The notes under the pieces were generated by a model, which ran no database searches, was not told the DNA's origin, and saw nothing but the letters and a program-made list of their open reading frames with translations. From Stegostoma tigrinum (taxonomy: Eukaryota): a DNA stretch of 64,000 nucleotides. Positions 36,810-48,399 of the stretch are shown piece after piece. Each line of letters begins with the position of its first letter. Positions within the stretch are counted from its first letter, which is position 1. The stretch lies in contig NC_081359.1 in NCBI RefSeq assembly GCF_030684315.1, positions 97,360,925 through 97,424,924 of the forward strand, in the 5' to 3' direction. The position numbers and the translations under genes are program-made.

Positions 36810-37170
36810 CTACATATACAACCATTCACTTCCTCTCCCACCATCTACAAGCTACCCTGAAGAAATTCACTATGGCTTCTTAGACAGTGCTTTCCAAACC
36901 AATGACTATCTGGAAGGACAGGGGCAGCAAATATACAGGAGCACCACTATCTGTAAGTCTCCCTCCACGCCAAGCTCACTTGGCAATATGTCACCATTTC
37001 TTCAGTGTCATTGGATCAAAATATTGGAACTCCTTCAATAATGGGTCTACTGATACTAAATAGGCTGCAGCAGTTCGAAGTGGCAGCTCACAATCACCTT
37101 CTCAAGGGCAATTAGGGATGGACAATAAAAGCTGGTCCAGTTAACAAAGCCAACACCCCATGAATGAGTA
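36810..37170 (+). mobile_element. Degraded LINE 3' end (same family as 555-845)
   Basis: Ends with ctcaagggcaattagggatggacaataaa...cccatgaatgagtaaa. Confidence 0.65.
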
Positions 37171-37432
37171 AAATACATTACGCAAAAGAATCAATCCTTA
37201 TTAACACTGAAGTAAATTTCCAGAACAATTAAATTTCCAACATTTGTTTCCATCAATTCCAGGCCCACAACGTTTCAATAGTCCACAAACAATGTAAGAT
37301 AGAGGGACAGAATTAGGCCATTTGGCTCACTGAAGTCTGCTCTACCATTTGATCACGGATGATGTAACGACAACCTTGAATGTTTATCACCTACGACTAT
37401 ACAGAACATTAGAATCTTTGTCACAAACTTAC

Positions 37433-37566
37433 CTTTGATTTCACTGGTAAGACTTTTTTATCCACACCTTCAGGGCTAAGAGACACAACGCAGGAATCTT
37501 CTACATCACTCTCACTGTTGTCATTCTTGGATTCTTCCACATCAGCAGATTCAGACTTCTTTGGAA
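37433..37566 (-). CDS. HERC2: HERC2 coding exon (134 nt)
   Basis: ttgtag|(V)PKKSESADVEESKNDNSESDVEDSCVVSLSPEGVDKKVLPVKSK|gtaagt. Divergent acidic linker, but phases fit both neighbours. Confidence 0.9.
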
Positions 37567-37959
37567 CTACAAAGAATCACCACACAGTCAGCACTATCAA
37601 CAGGCTAAGGAAACCATAGATGATATACCAAAGAAACCAACACTTCTTTTGAGAAAAAAAAACAGAAAAAGCCACAGGCAACATGACATTTAGTAAGAAA
37701 CTGAGGTGCATAAGCACATGACAGAAATTCAGAAAAGAACACAGGAATTGGAATAAACAAACACACTGCAGAACAACGATACTCACTTTGTTTTTAAATT
37801 GCAGGGAACATCATAACTTTCAAATACAAAATTACTGCATAACTAAATTAACAACATCCATTATCATACAGATATGTATACAACTAAAAATCTTGAATCT
37901 CATTTCAATGGCAGAATCACAGGAAAGTGATTTCACTCATGATTCAATACAATGCAATA

Positions 37960-38975
37960 GAGCACAGGGACAGGTCCTTTGGCCCACCAAGCCTGTCATG
38001 ATTTCTAACCCTTATTTAGGCCCACTACTCATTGCCTGCACTCCATTTCTATCCCTTTGTTCGCCTCCCATTCATGCGTCTTTTAAGTTACACCTTAAAT
38101 GTTGCTCATGTGTCAGCTGCCACCACCTCCACTGGCAGTGCATTCCAGGCACCCACCACCTTCTGTGCGTAAAATTTTCCCTGCACTTCTCCCCATGAAC
38201 CTTTTGTAGTTGACCTTTCCATCCTTGGGAAAATGCCTCTGACTACCCACCTCATCAATGCCTCTCAGAATTTTTAGACCTCTATCAGGCTGTCTCTCAG
38301 CGTCTGGTTTTCCAGCAAAAACAATTTGAGTTTATCCGAGGTCTCCTCATAGCCAAAACCCTCCAGACCAGGCAACATCCTGATAGACCTTCTCTACCCC
38401 CTCTCCAAAGCAACCACGTCCTTCTGCTAGCATGGCAACCAGAAGGGCACACAACATTCTAAATCTGGCCTAACTAAAGTTTTATACAGCTGTAATGTAA
38501 CTTACCAACTTTTCTATTTGATGCCATGCCAGCGAAGTTGAGCAGGCTGCAGGCCTTCTTGACTACCTTATCCACCTATGTTGCCACTTTGTGATTGGTG
38601 GACCTGAACACCCAGATCCCTCTGTATGTCAATGCTCCTAAGGGTTCTGCCATTTATTGCACAATTCACACCAGAATTTGATCTTCCAAAACACATGACC
38701 TTGCATTTGTTCAGATTAAACTCCATCTGACAGTTCTTGGCCCAAATCTGCATTCTATACCCCACTGTATTCTTTGACAATGTTCCTGAATATCTGCGAC
38801 TAAGCCAATTTCCATGTCTTTGGCAAATTTACTAAGCAGACAATCTACATTCTCCTCCAGATCATTTATATACATTACAAACAGCAAAGGTCCCAGCAGT
38901 GGTCCCTACAGAACACGACTAGTTACTGATGCCCTTTCCAAAAAAAGCACCCTTCCACTCCTGACTTCTATGGCC
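37960..38975 (-). mobile_element. CR1 LINE RT-to-3' fragment
   Basis: WAKNCQMEFNLNKCKVMCFGRSN...QRDLGVQVH. Confidence 0.85.
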
Positions 38976-39721
38976 TCGATGGAGGTAGGATATCAGAACC
39001 TTAGTCTCAACTGACAGGATTAATACTCAGAAAACTTCTGCTTGTCTAGTCTAAATACATGAGGCCTGCTCACTTGTACATCCTAGCCTGTCAACTAAGA
39101 TGCGCTATTACCTGCATCATTAGAAAAACCTACAACTGAATAACTGATTGTATTTGCTTCATAGTCAGGGATAAGTTGAAGTTGAATGACAAAATAAAGT
39201 CAGTGCTAATTGAACAACCTAATTCTGTTAATCATGCAATTTTCACAGCATCCCATCCACTTTTATACGAAACAAGATTTACACAGAGAAGTCAGCATTC
39301 AGATCTCGTTATTAGCAATTTTGACCAGCTAAAGAGTTGAAAGATTAATAGTTTGAACTTGAGGACCATATAAATTGTTGAAAATGTTCAAGTTTAAAGC
39401 GAATATAAACAAAGATTATTGCTAGTAGGTTGATTCCTTCAAAAAGGAGAACGCAATCAAATTTTGCTTCCAAAACTTATTTTAACAGCTTCAAAAGTCA
39501 CATGTCACCAAGTTATCGTCCAACAGGTTTCTTTGGAATCACACAAGCTTTTGGAGCACAGCCCTTAAGATTTCCGTGTTTCATAGATGTAAATAACAAA
39601 CATGGTACAAAATAGCATGCACACATTTTATTTACATCATATGTGCACTTCACACAAGTCATTTTTGTCGGTGCACATACTTTGTTCTACCATCTTAAAC
39701 ATAAAAACAATTTTTGTGTAC

Positions 39722-39917
39722 CTCTCATTCTCCTTCTTTCACGGATGATTTTCTGGGTAATTTTCTTCCACCGAGGCGAGGAGCCTAGCAGTTTTAACTT
39801 AGACATTATAGAAATGTCATTACTGACAGCCGGCCGCAGCTCATTGAACAAAAATCTCAGACGTTCAATTACTGGTGCACACACTTCTTTGTAGGAACGT
39901 CCTTGCTCTTGGTGAGT
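39722..39917 (-). CDS. HERC2: HERC2 coding exon (196 nt)
   Basis: ccttag|THQEQGRSYKEVCAPVIERLRFLFNELRPAV...KIIRERRRMR g|gtacac. Confidence 0.95.
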
Positions 39918-40046
39918 CTAAGGTTTAGAAAATAAAGGTTTAAGCTAATTTGCAAAAAAATAACACTGCAAAGAGAATGACACCTTAAAAGTAGCATGTG
40001 AAATAGAAATGACGTTGCTCAGAAGTCTATAAAATATCCTCTTCAC

Positions 40047-40174
40047 CTTTATTAAAGAACACTTGGCTTGATACACCACCCGACAAACATCACCCACCAA
40101 CTTAGGCAAGACTCTGAGCTTTCCTTGATCGACTCCTAACGCATTTTGGTTGATAATAGATAAAGCTGCATGGC
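40047..40174 (-). CDS. HERC2: HERC2 coding exon (128 nt)
   Basis: attcag|(G)HAALSIINQNALGVDQGKLRVLPKLVGDVCRVVYQAKCSLIK|gtgaag. Confidence 0.95.
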
Positions 40175-40368
40175 CTGAATAAAATTTACATGGAGAAAAA
40201 GAAATGCACACATTAGACTTAGGTCAAAGATTGAACTGAAATTCCAAGACAAAACTTTGTTTAATGTCTGTGACAGCAAATTGCCAAGATTAGTAACTTC
40301 AGAGTCACAGGGAAGTATGATCCTCTATCCATGTCAATGCTCTATCTAGCATTCTCTTAAAGAATCAA

Positions 40369-40581
40369 CTAAAATCAAAATACCACAGATGTTCGTAATC
40401 TGATATAAACAAAGAAGGCTTGAGAAACTCAACATGTCTGGCAGTATCCATGAAGAAACAGAATTAACATTTCACGGAGGATATACTCTTCGATGTTCTG
40501 AACTTTAAATATCAACTCTGCTTCTCTCTCCACAGATGCTGCCAGGCATGTGGAGCTTCTCAAGCAGTCTCAGAGTTGGTG
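40369..40581. mobile_element. Older miniature fold-back element, family C-like, 14-bp TSD
   Basis: TSD tcttaaagaatcaa at 40355-40368 and 40582-40595. Inverted arms gcttgagaaactcaacatgtctggcag / ctgccaggcatgtggagcttctcaagc. Confidence 0.8.
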
Positions 40582-41750
40582 TCTTAAAGAATCAATCCAG
40601 TTCAACAGCAATCTGGTCTGCTATGAAGTATGCACCATTCAAGTCAAATTCACTGCACAATAATCAAATATTCAAAATCTAGCCATAATCTAGTTTATCG
40701 ATTTTGTCAACCCCTGCATTTGCAATTACTTTTCCCCTTTTTCTTCCCTTTTGGCAAGCTCCAGACTGACAGCACTTGAATAATATGCTCATAGAAGGTT
40801 CAGAATTCACGACAGCCCTCTCCAAAAAAAACCATTCCTCCTTCTTTTCCTTTGTACACAACAACCCCATTGTGTGACCATCAAAATCAGAACACCATTT
40901 TGTTTAGCCTATCATGTATTGAAACAATAATTTGATTATCGCACTTTTGTTGAGAGGACAATAGATTTCAGTATCTTTGTAATGGACTCTATTGTATTTG
41001 TGCATATCAAGTGCAGCCAGATGTTAAAACTGTTGATACCAATCATATTGGTATCACCAGACAGAGATTAAGAAGCACCCATTGCTATTGTAATGTAATT
41101 CTTATTAAGATCAGTCTGGGTGGGGAAGGAGAAGCCGGAAACAAAGAAGAAAGATGCTTTTAAAATCAAAAAAAGAGTGAAAATGTTGAACTTCCTTTCA
41201 AATTAGCTTTATCATCTTGTCCAGTAAATCAATTTTCCTAGCAGCATCAGTGGTGCCACGTTATGATCTTTTTGTCCTAGAATTAGGCACTATCAAGTGT
41301 TAATGAGTACTCATATGAAAACTAAATAAATTTAAGTAGTTAAAGTTTAAAGAAATTTAAATTTTGTCTACCAATTCATGCAAAATTTAAGTTCAATTCA
41401 ACACTGCAGAGGGGAACTAAAAATAGCTTACCAATGACACAGACAACAGAACAATAGCGAACAATGCACAAGATAGAAGAATAATGGACGCAGAACAAAT
41501 TCAGTGAGAAAATTCGGAGCAAGAGGACAAGTAGAAAAAAACTACTTCAATAACTTATTAGTGACAGAGAGCTAACAACATGGGAAGAAAATTAGAACAT
41601 CAGATCTACCCAAATCACAAGAGATTGCTGGCATCTGCAAAAACAACTCTTGAATTACCTTTTTAAGCTCATCAAAAATTTAAAATACACAAGTCAGTTT
41701 ATTGAAACTAAAGTCATTTTTAGTGTTTGAGATTTGGCAAAGTGTCCAAC

Positions 41751-41883
41751 CTAAATCCTGGTGCTTCAGGAGACAGCACAAGAGTAACCGCCCTACGTCT
41801 TCCACAGGATGCTCTGGAGGGAAAGTGATTGGTGTTGTCAGATGACACTGCTTGCAATAGCGTTCTATTTGGCACAAGAAATC
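41751..41883 (-). CDS. HERC2: HERC2 coding exon (133 nt)
   Basis: tggcag|DFLCQIERYCKQCHLTTPITFPPEHPVEDVGRLLLCCLLKHQDL g|gttgga. Confidence 0.95.
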
Positions 41884-42787
41884 CTGCCAATGGAACATAA
41901 ATGAGTCAATATAAACAAAATAATATGGGAACTGCAACCTCAAAGAAAAAGATGCTTAAACAAGTAACAGAATTTCATTACTAATTAGTCAAATTCTGCA
42001 GAGTTATTCACAGAAAATAACAATCTACTCAATATTACTTTTCTATATAATTTAGTTTAGCAAACAAATAGAGATTATACAACTATTTTGAAAAGAGTAA
42101 AATTGAATTTTCAACTTCTATACTGTAAGCCACGATACTTGGGCTCTCATTGAAAAGATGGAGAAGTTGAACACATGCTTTTAATGAATAAGCACTTCAG
42201 TAACAGATGAACAAAGACAGACAAGATTATGCAATCAAATGCTAGTCAAAATACTCAGCTCAGGACTAAGCAGGACACCTGCTATCAATAACTGCCCTTT
42301 AGAATCACTATTTCAAGTTTGCTCAATGATCCAATGGATAATCTACAGAGCCATTTTACTTTAAGTCAAAAATTAATAACAACTTGAGAAAGCCAATGAA
42401 AAAGGATCAACAGCAACCACCTCCATCAGATCAGTTGACAATTGGATGTTTTCTAGTTAGAAAAGAGAGTGTCCCCAAACATGCAAGTACACCAGCAAGC
42501 AGGGATCCTCGGCTTGTTTTCCCTCAAGACAACACCTAGATTGACTGGGCCATGTGAACCAAATGGATGATCATCAATTCCCCAGATACATGTAAGCCTA
42601 CTATCAGCACAAGATCAACAATTCATCTATACGTGTAAGGAAAGAAGGTCTGCAAACAAGACTTGTAGTCGATTGGGATCAAAGTTAATGCCTGGGAATG
42701 CCGGAAAACAGGTAGCCAGGAAGGGGGAGCACAGAAAAAGCAGAAGTCAAAAGAAATGAACCAATCGTTAAAAAAACCTGCTGAAAG

Positions 42788-42986
42788 AAGACAGAATGAA
42801 CTGTCGATGCTGGAGTCAGAGTAAATACAGTGTGGAGCTGGAGGAACACAGCCGGCCAGGCAGCAGAGGAGCAGCAAAGTTGACATCTCAGGTTAGACCC
42901 TTCTTTAGAGGGTCCCGACTCAAAATGTCGACTTTCCTACTCATCTGATGTTGCCTGGCCTGGGTGTTCCTCCAGCTCCACACTGT
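42788..42986. mobile_element. Miniature fold-back PLE derivative, family B-related, 12-bp TSD
   Basis: TSD acctgctgaaag at 42776-42787 and 42987-42998. Arms acagtgtggagctggaggaacac / gtgttcctccagctccacactgt. Confidence 0.88.
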
Positions 42987-43429
42987 ACCTGCTGAAAGGA
43001 AATAACATTAGTCAACCTCAGGGCAATATTATTCATCAGTGTCAGCTGTGGAAGGCACTGCCACTCTCAATTTGCTTCCGACAGATAAAACAGAATGCTC
43101 AATCCAGAAGTGACACCACCCTGCACACTGCCCATTATCTCCTGAGATGGGTGGATGCCATCACAATCAAAACTGATGAGGCTTGGGTATCATGCTGTCC
43201 TGTAATGTTCGCTAGTTCACAAGTCAAGTTTTCTTTTGTTTCACGTAAAAGAGCACACAGAGCTGCAAATGCTGCAAGAAGGTTGAGAAAAGGATGAAAG
43301 CAGCAGCAGCAAAGTGAGCTTCTTAAAGGGGTGAGATGAAGAAAGAAATGGATCATTCTGCCAATGCTAAATAAGATACCAATGGGGAGAAATGTAAAAC
43401 TTTCATAAATGTATTGGGTGATATTATTA

Positions 43430-43830
43430 GTTAGAGGTACAGTAGCCTTGCCTTGTTTTACTGGACTAAGGATCCAAAGGTCTGAACTAATGATCTGGAC
43501 ACTGGTTCAAACACCCATCACATCGCCTGAGAATTCAAACAGAATTAAACAAAAATGTCAGCATCAATAATGCTGAACATGAAACGACCAGACTTTCAGA
43601 AGAAAAAACCCTGCTTTGGTAATGTCATTTACAGAAGAAAATGTGGCATTCTCGTCTCATCTGGTCCCAGTGACAGCCCAAACCTACAGCATGATTGACT
43701 CTCAAATACCTTCCAAAATAGTCAAGATTGTATTCAAGAAGGTGGTTTGCCCATGACTTTTCAAAGGCAATTAGAGATAGCCCACAAATGCTGGTCTTGC
43801 CAACAATGCTCACATCCCAGGATTGAATCT
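43430..43830 (+). mobile_element. Deu-SINE-like (SacSINE1-type) SINE, degraded
   Basis: tRNA-like head actggacta...GGTTCAAACAC and the LINE-shared tail ggcaattagagat...ctcacatccc. Confidence 0.6.
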
Positions 43831-44769
43831 AAGAATTATGCAAAGGCGTATTGAGCTGACTGAAATCAGCGAAGACCATGTTAAGTGTTGCACTGCACAT
43901 TGATCCAATTTAAAATGGCATAGCCTAATGTTTCTTACCAAGCCATGTCTGATCAAATATTTACAAGCTTGGTCTTTGGAGACAGATGCTGAAAGAACAT
44001 GCAAAAGGTATTAGCATCCAGTCTGGTCATAAGATCTTAATTAGATATTTGGGTTAGAGTGCAAGTCAACTCCCATGTAAGCAATATATTCATAGCAATT
44101 AGAGCAAATTATATTACTGAATATATGAAGACAACCACAGCAGATACCTGTTCATATAAAGTATCCACGTGTTTGTAAGTGACTTTTATTGTCACAACAA
44201 ACTGGAATTTCCATTTGATACCTACCCAGATAACAACGCCTGTGTGGATTTGACTGATTTACACACATCTTAGACCAAAATCCCTGATCTTTTTCTTCAT
44301 TTCTAAAGTAAACTTAGCAAAGCAAAATCCATCCACATCCACAGATACGTACGATGCATTGATTCCACTTATGACGAACACACATGAACATTACACGCAG
44401 AATTTTAGGCACAATAGCATTCACAGTCACAACTGCAACAAGCAGCCATAAATTAAAGACTTCATCAGGTCAGTTTCTCATACTGATTTTAAATTCAGAT
44501 TAAATGAGCTCAAATTCAGTCAACCACTCTTGGCACACAAGGTTTGCAACCAACAGTCAACTGAAACTGTTGATTGGTCCTCACCTCCCAGCCACCACAG
44601 TTTTGCAATTTGCACTGCAGCCTCCTTCTGTCCAAGTAAGAATTCTAGTGCAAATTTGGTGTAAAAAACTTACAAGCTTTAACACGAGCTTTAATCCAGA
44701 ATAACCATTTTAAGTCTTAGATAAAAGTAGCAACAAGCAGTGCTTCATTTTACCTGATGAAACACATAC

Positions 44770-44978
44770 CTTTACATTGTAATCTTGAATGTTGTTGTCT
44801 GCAATAGCCTGTAGGAACGGTTGAGTGTGATCACCTTGTGTTAAATTCCGTACATAACGTTTGGTTTTGTCTGGAGTTGTAGTGGAGCTGCAATGATCTT
44901 CATCTTTCTCCTCATTATAGCTGTAATGAATCTGGCTTGTCTGCAAACCACCGGAGAAAAGGGAAGATTGCAGCCATT
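44770..44978 (-). CDS. HERC2: HERC2 coding exon (209 nt)
   Basis: taccag|(K)WLQSSLFSGGLQTSQIHYSYNEEKDEDHCSS...AIADNNIQDYNVK|gtatgt. Confidence 0.95.
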
Positions 44979-45341
44979 CTGGTAAATATAGAAATTGTGT
45001 TAATTCTACAAACAACTGTATTGTTTGGATATTACTAAAATAGCTTAATAAAATTCAAGATTTCTTTTCAAGTGGTAATGCAAACTTGAATGTTAAATCT
45101 TGCTCAATTTTCAATAAGAACTCAAATTGTCATTGCTTGTCGTCTCTTTTTGCAAGCCTCAAGTTCACATACCATACTAATTAGCGTAACAGCAATCACA
45201 GATGCTGCAAGTCAACCTCAACGTAGCTCCACATTTAGCAGGAAACACCACTCAAACAAGGCAAGAAGAATGCCCTTACAGTTCAACTGATCATTGGTTC
45301 TCCACCACCTATTTCCTTTTCTACTTAAACACAAATAGGTC

Positions 45342-46074
45342 TAAAGTTATGACAGATCTGCAGCTCGGGTTGTGGATGAGATTATTGACTTGCTTACCGA
45401 GCTGGTTTGTTTTTCTTCAGACATTTCGTCACCATGCTAGGTGACATCAGTGGAGCCTCCGACACAGCAGTGCTGTTCTACTCTGCTTGGAATTATTACT
45501 GTCTAGTCCTTTATGGTGAATACTGTCATTTCCAGCTTTGATCTGTAGGGGTTTGTATATGGGGTCCAATTCTATGTGTTTGTTGATTGAAGTATAGTGG
45601 AGAACCATGCCTCTAGGAATTCCTGTTCATGCCTATGTTTGGCTTGGGCTACTATGGTTACCTTTACCCAGTTAGACTGATGGCCTTCATTGTCTGAATG
45701 TACTCAATGTAGCAGGAAAACGGCACAACAAATTCTCCTTAATGCTGGTACATTCAGACAATGAAGGCCATCAATTTAACTGGGACAAGGTAGCTGTAGT
45801 AGGCCAAGTCGAACATAGACATGCACGGGAATTCCTAGAGGCATGGTTCTCCACCCAAAATTCAAACAACAAACAAATAGAATTGGACCTCATACACAAA
45901 CCCATACAGATGAAAACCAGGAATGACACTGCTCACCACAACAGGCCAGAGTGTATAAATTCCGAGCGGAGTAGAATAACGTCACTTCATCGGAAGTTGC
46001 ACTGATGATATCACCTGGCACGGTGACAGAACTTCTGAACACAAACAAGCCAGCTCAGTGAGCAAGTCGACAGC
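45342..46074. mobile_element. Family A-related PLE, inverted pair of 3' fragments
   Basis: Minus arm to ~45705. The plus arm encodes HSDNEGHQFNWDKV...AREFLEAWFS and has a degenerate HHR ctgatgatatcacctggcacggtgac. Flanked by cacaaatag at 45330-45338 and 46075-46083. Confidence 0.85.
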
Positions 46075-46341
46075 CACAAATAGTGTCACCCATTCAAATC
46101 ACCAAAAAACATTATAAAGTATGTACTGAAATACAATCTGCTAAAAAACCTAGCTTCAATAAAGTTAGAAGTCTTGAATTGCTAAGCTTGTGCAACTCAG
46201 ACAGAATGTGAGCAAATCTCCCAACAAAGGAGATGTTAACAATAACTGGGTGAAATTGTTTTTCAAATTTTTGATTTAAAACATTGGCAAAAGTATTACA
46301 AAAATAAAGGTTTTTGTATATTGCTTTATCAGCATACTAAC

Positions 46342-46492
46342 TGGCACATTCGACCTCTAGAGATGACAAAGGAGTACTCATTCCCAAATATGATGCATGT
46401 AATCCTAGGAGGAGACCAAGATTCCGTTCTGTGTCGATCAGAGGTGAAGATAAACTACCAAGGTCCGGTGTGGTTACTACTTCCTGATCTGG
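46342..46492 (-). CDS. HERC2: HERC2 coding exon (151 nt)
   Basis: ttatag|PDQEVVTTPDLGSLSSPLIDTERNLGLLLGLHASYLGMSTPLSSLEVECA a|gttagt. Confidence 0.95.
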
Positions 46493-46564
46493 CTATAATG
46501 GAAAAACAAGGAAAGAGAAATTAAAAGGCTATTAATTAGATTTTAAAAACCTTAGTCTGATGCA

Positions 46565-46789
46565 AAACAAAACTGCAAATGCTGGAGATCTAGAACGAAA
46601 AAAAAATAAAGTTGCTAAGAAAACTGAGCAGGTCCAGCAGTATCTGTGGAGAAAAAGCAAAGTTAATGTTTCAACTCCTATGACCCTTCTGAAAGGCAGT
46701 TCAAGCACTGTAAAAGTTAAATGTGTTTTCTCTCCACAGTTGCTGCCAGACCTGGTGGGCTTCTCCAACAATTTCTGTTTTGACTCGAG
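46565..46789. mobile_element. Miniature fold-back element, family C-like, 13-bp TSD (1 mismatch)
   Basis: ttagtctgatgca at 46552-46564 and ttagtctaatgca at 46790-46802. Confidence 0.8.
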
Positions 46790-46961
46790 TTAGTCTAATG
46801 CATGTTAGAAATTTTGTTATTTCAGAAAAATAAACACAATGTGCTATTTGTTATTTTTCTTTTTTAAAAGAAGTGCTTTAACCAGAAATCAAAGGCAAAT
46901 AACCTATTCATTAAACACAATGGAGCAGATCTCAGCACAGCTTTATGAAATATTTTGGTAC

Positions 46962-47065
46962 CTCCATATATTGGCCAACACAAAATGCTTGCATTGACTC
47001 TCTTGTATCTTCAAACTGGAGGGCAGCTTCCAATGCAACCACTGGGTCTTCTCCAGCAAACTGAG
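46962..47065 (-). CDS. HERC2: HERC2 coding exon (104 nt), end of cytochrome-b5-like domain
   Basis: ttgcag|(A)QFAGEDPVVALEAALQFEDTRESMQAFCVGQYME|gtacca. Confidence 0.95.
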
Positions 47066-48399
47066 CTGCAAGCAACAATACCATGCTATCATCACCATTT
47101 AAAACAAAGAAGCATTCTACAAGCAAGAAGTATGCTTGTAAAGTATCAATCCAAACAGTGTTGTATGGATTAACAAAATGTCTTTTCTCCTCTGTGCAAA
47201 GTCATTTTCAGTGGGGAAATGGGAATACTCTATTTATTTTGTCAGCTTCTTCATGATTGGGATCAATTATGCTATTTTTAATCTTAAATAACACACAATT
47301 AAGACACATTTTGAGCACTTTTTCCGCTTCAAGGGCTCAATCTCAAGAACAAATTTCCTTTAATAACAAACTCCCTTACTCCCTACTTCTATTTATGTGC
47401 AACTGTACATACCAGTTATGTGTCTCTACCTAAAAAACAGAATCCTTTGACTCAACAAAACAAACATGGAACCGTGGCAGGCAGATCTCATTACATGCGT
47501 TCAAAATTCCTATACTTACATGCCCAAAAGCAGGCAAGTAATCTGGTCGACATGTAAATTAAACTGTATCTGTCCCAGGTAAAAATGAAAAGAAAAAATG
47601 TCAATAGTGGTACATATATAAAATTGGCCAAAAATTTGTATGTACTTGAATTTATGAATCATAAGTGGTTTACTCTTTGCACTTTTTAAAAAAAAACTGG
47701 ACGAGGGTGAATATGAATTGCTGTTAAAATGCAACTACACGGGTAGAGTGTATTAGAACACTCTTCTGTCATAACTTGGATTAACTGATGGAAAAACTGT
47801 TCCTCTTCTTTGTATCACAATGTCACAAGTGCCAGAATTCGAATGCACTTTTGGGATTATACTTCACATTGTAAACAAAACAGCAGTATGACTACTGTCA
47901 AAATTGGCATGGCAATAACTCATCCAAACTTTGCAAAATCATCCCAAAGTAATAGTTCTCATCGGCTGTTGGTGCCTAACACCTTGCTTGTCTAAACAAA
48001 ACTGAAGCAATCCCCATGCAGCCAATCAATATCTCAGTCGGGCACAAAAGTAAACTAAAATTTTCTCTTTGCCCTTTGACAACCATAGGAAGCTTTGCAG
48101 TGCAAAATACTAGTATATTGCATCCTGGATAAAATTCTTTGTAGATTTCTTATTAATTGTCAATGGTATCAAAAACTGGCACTGTAACCAGGCTTAACCT
48201 TTGAACACCACTAACATTGATATAACCAGAAAGTCCGAGTAATGCCCTATAAACTACACTCATTTTGAAAATCTCTACCAATTCTCTACTGAAAATGGCC
48301 AAAGACAGACAGGAATCATAATGCAACACTACTTGTAGCTATATGCATAAAATAGGTTGGCTATTAATGGCAAGGACCTAGGCCATGGCCAAGGCCCTA

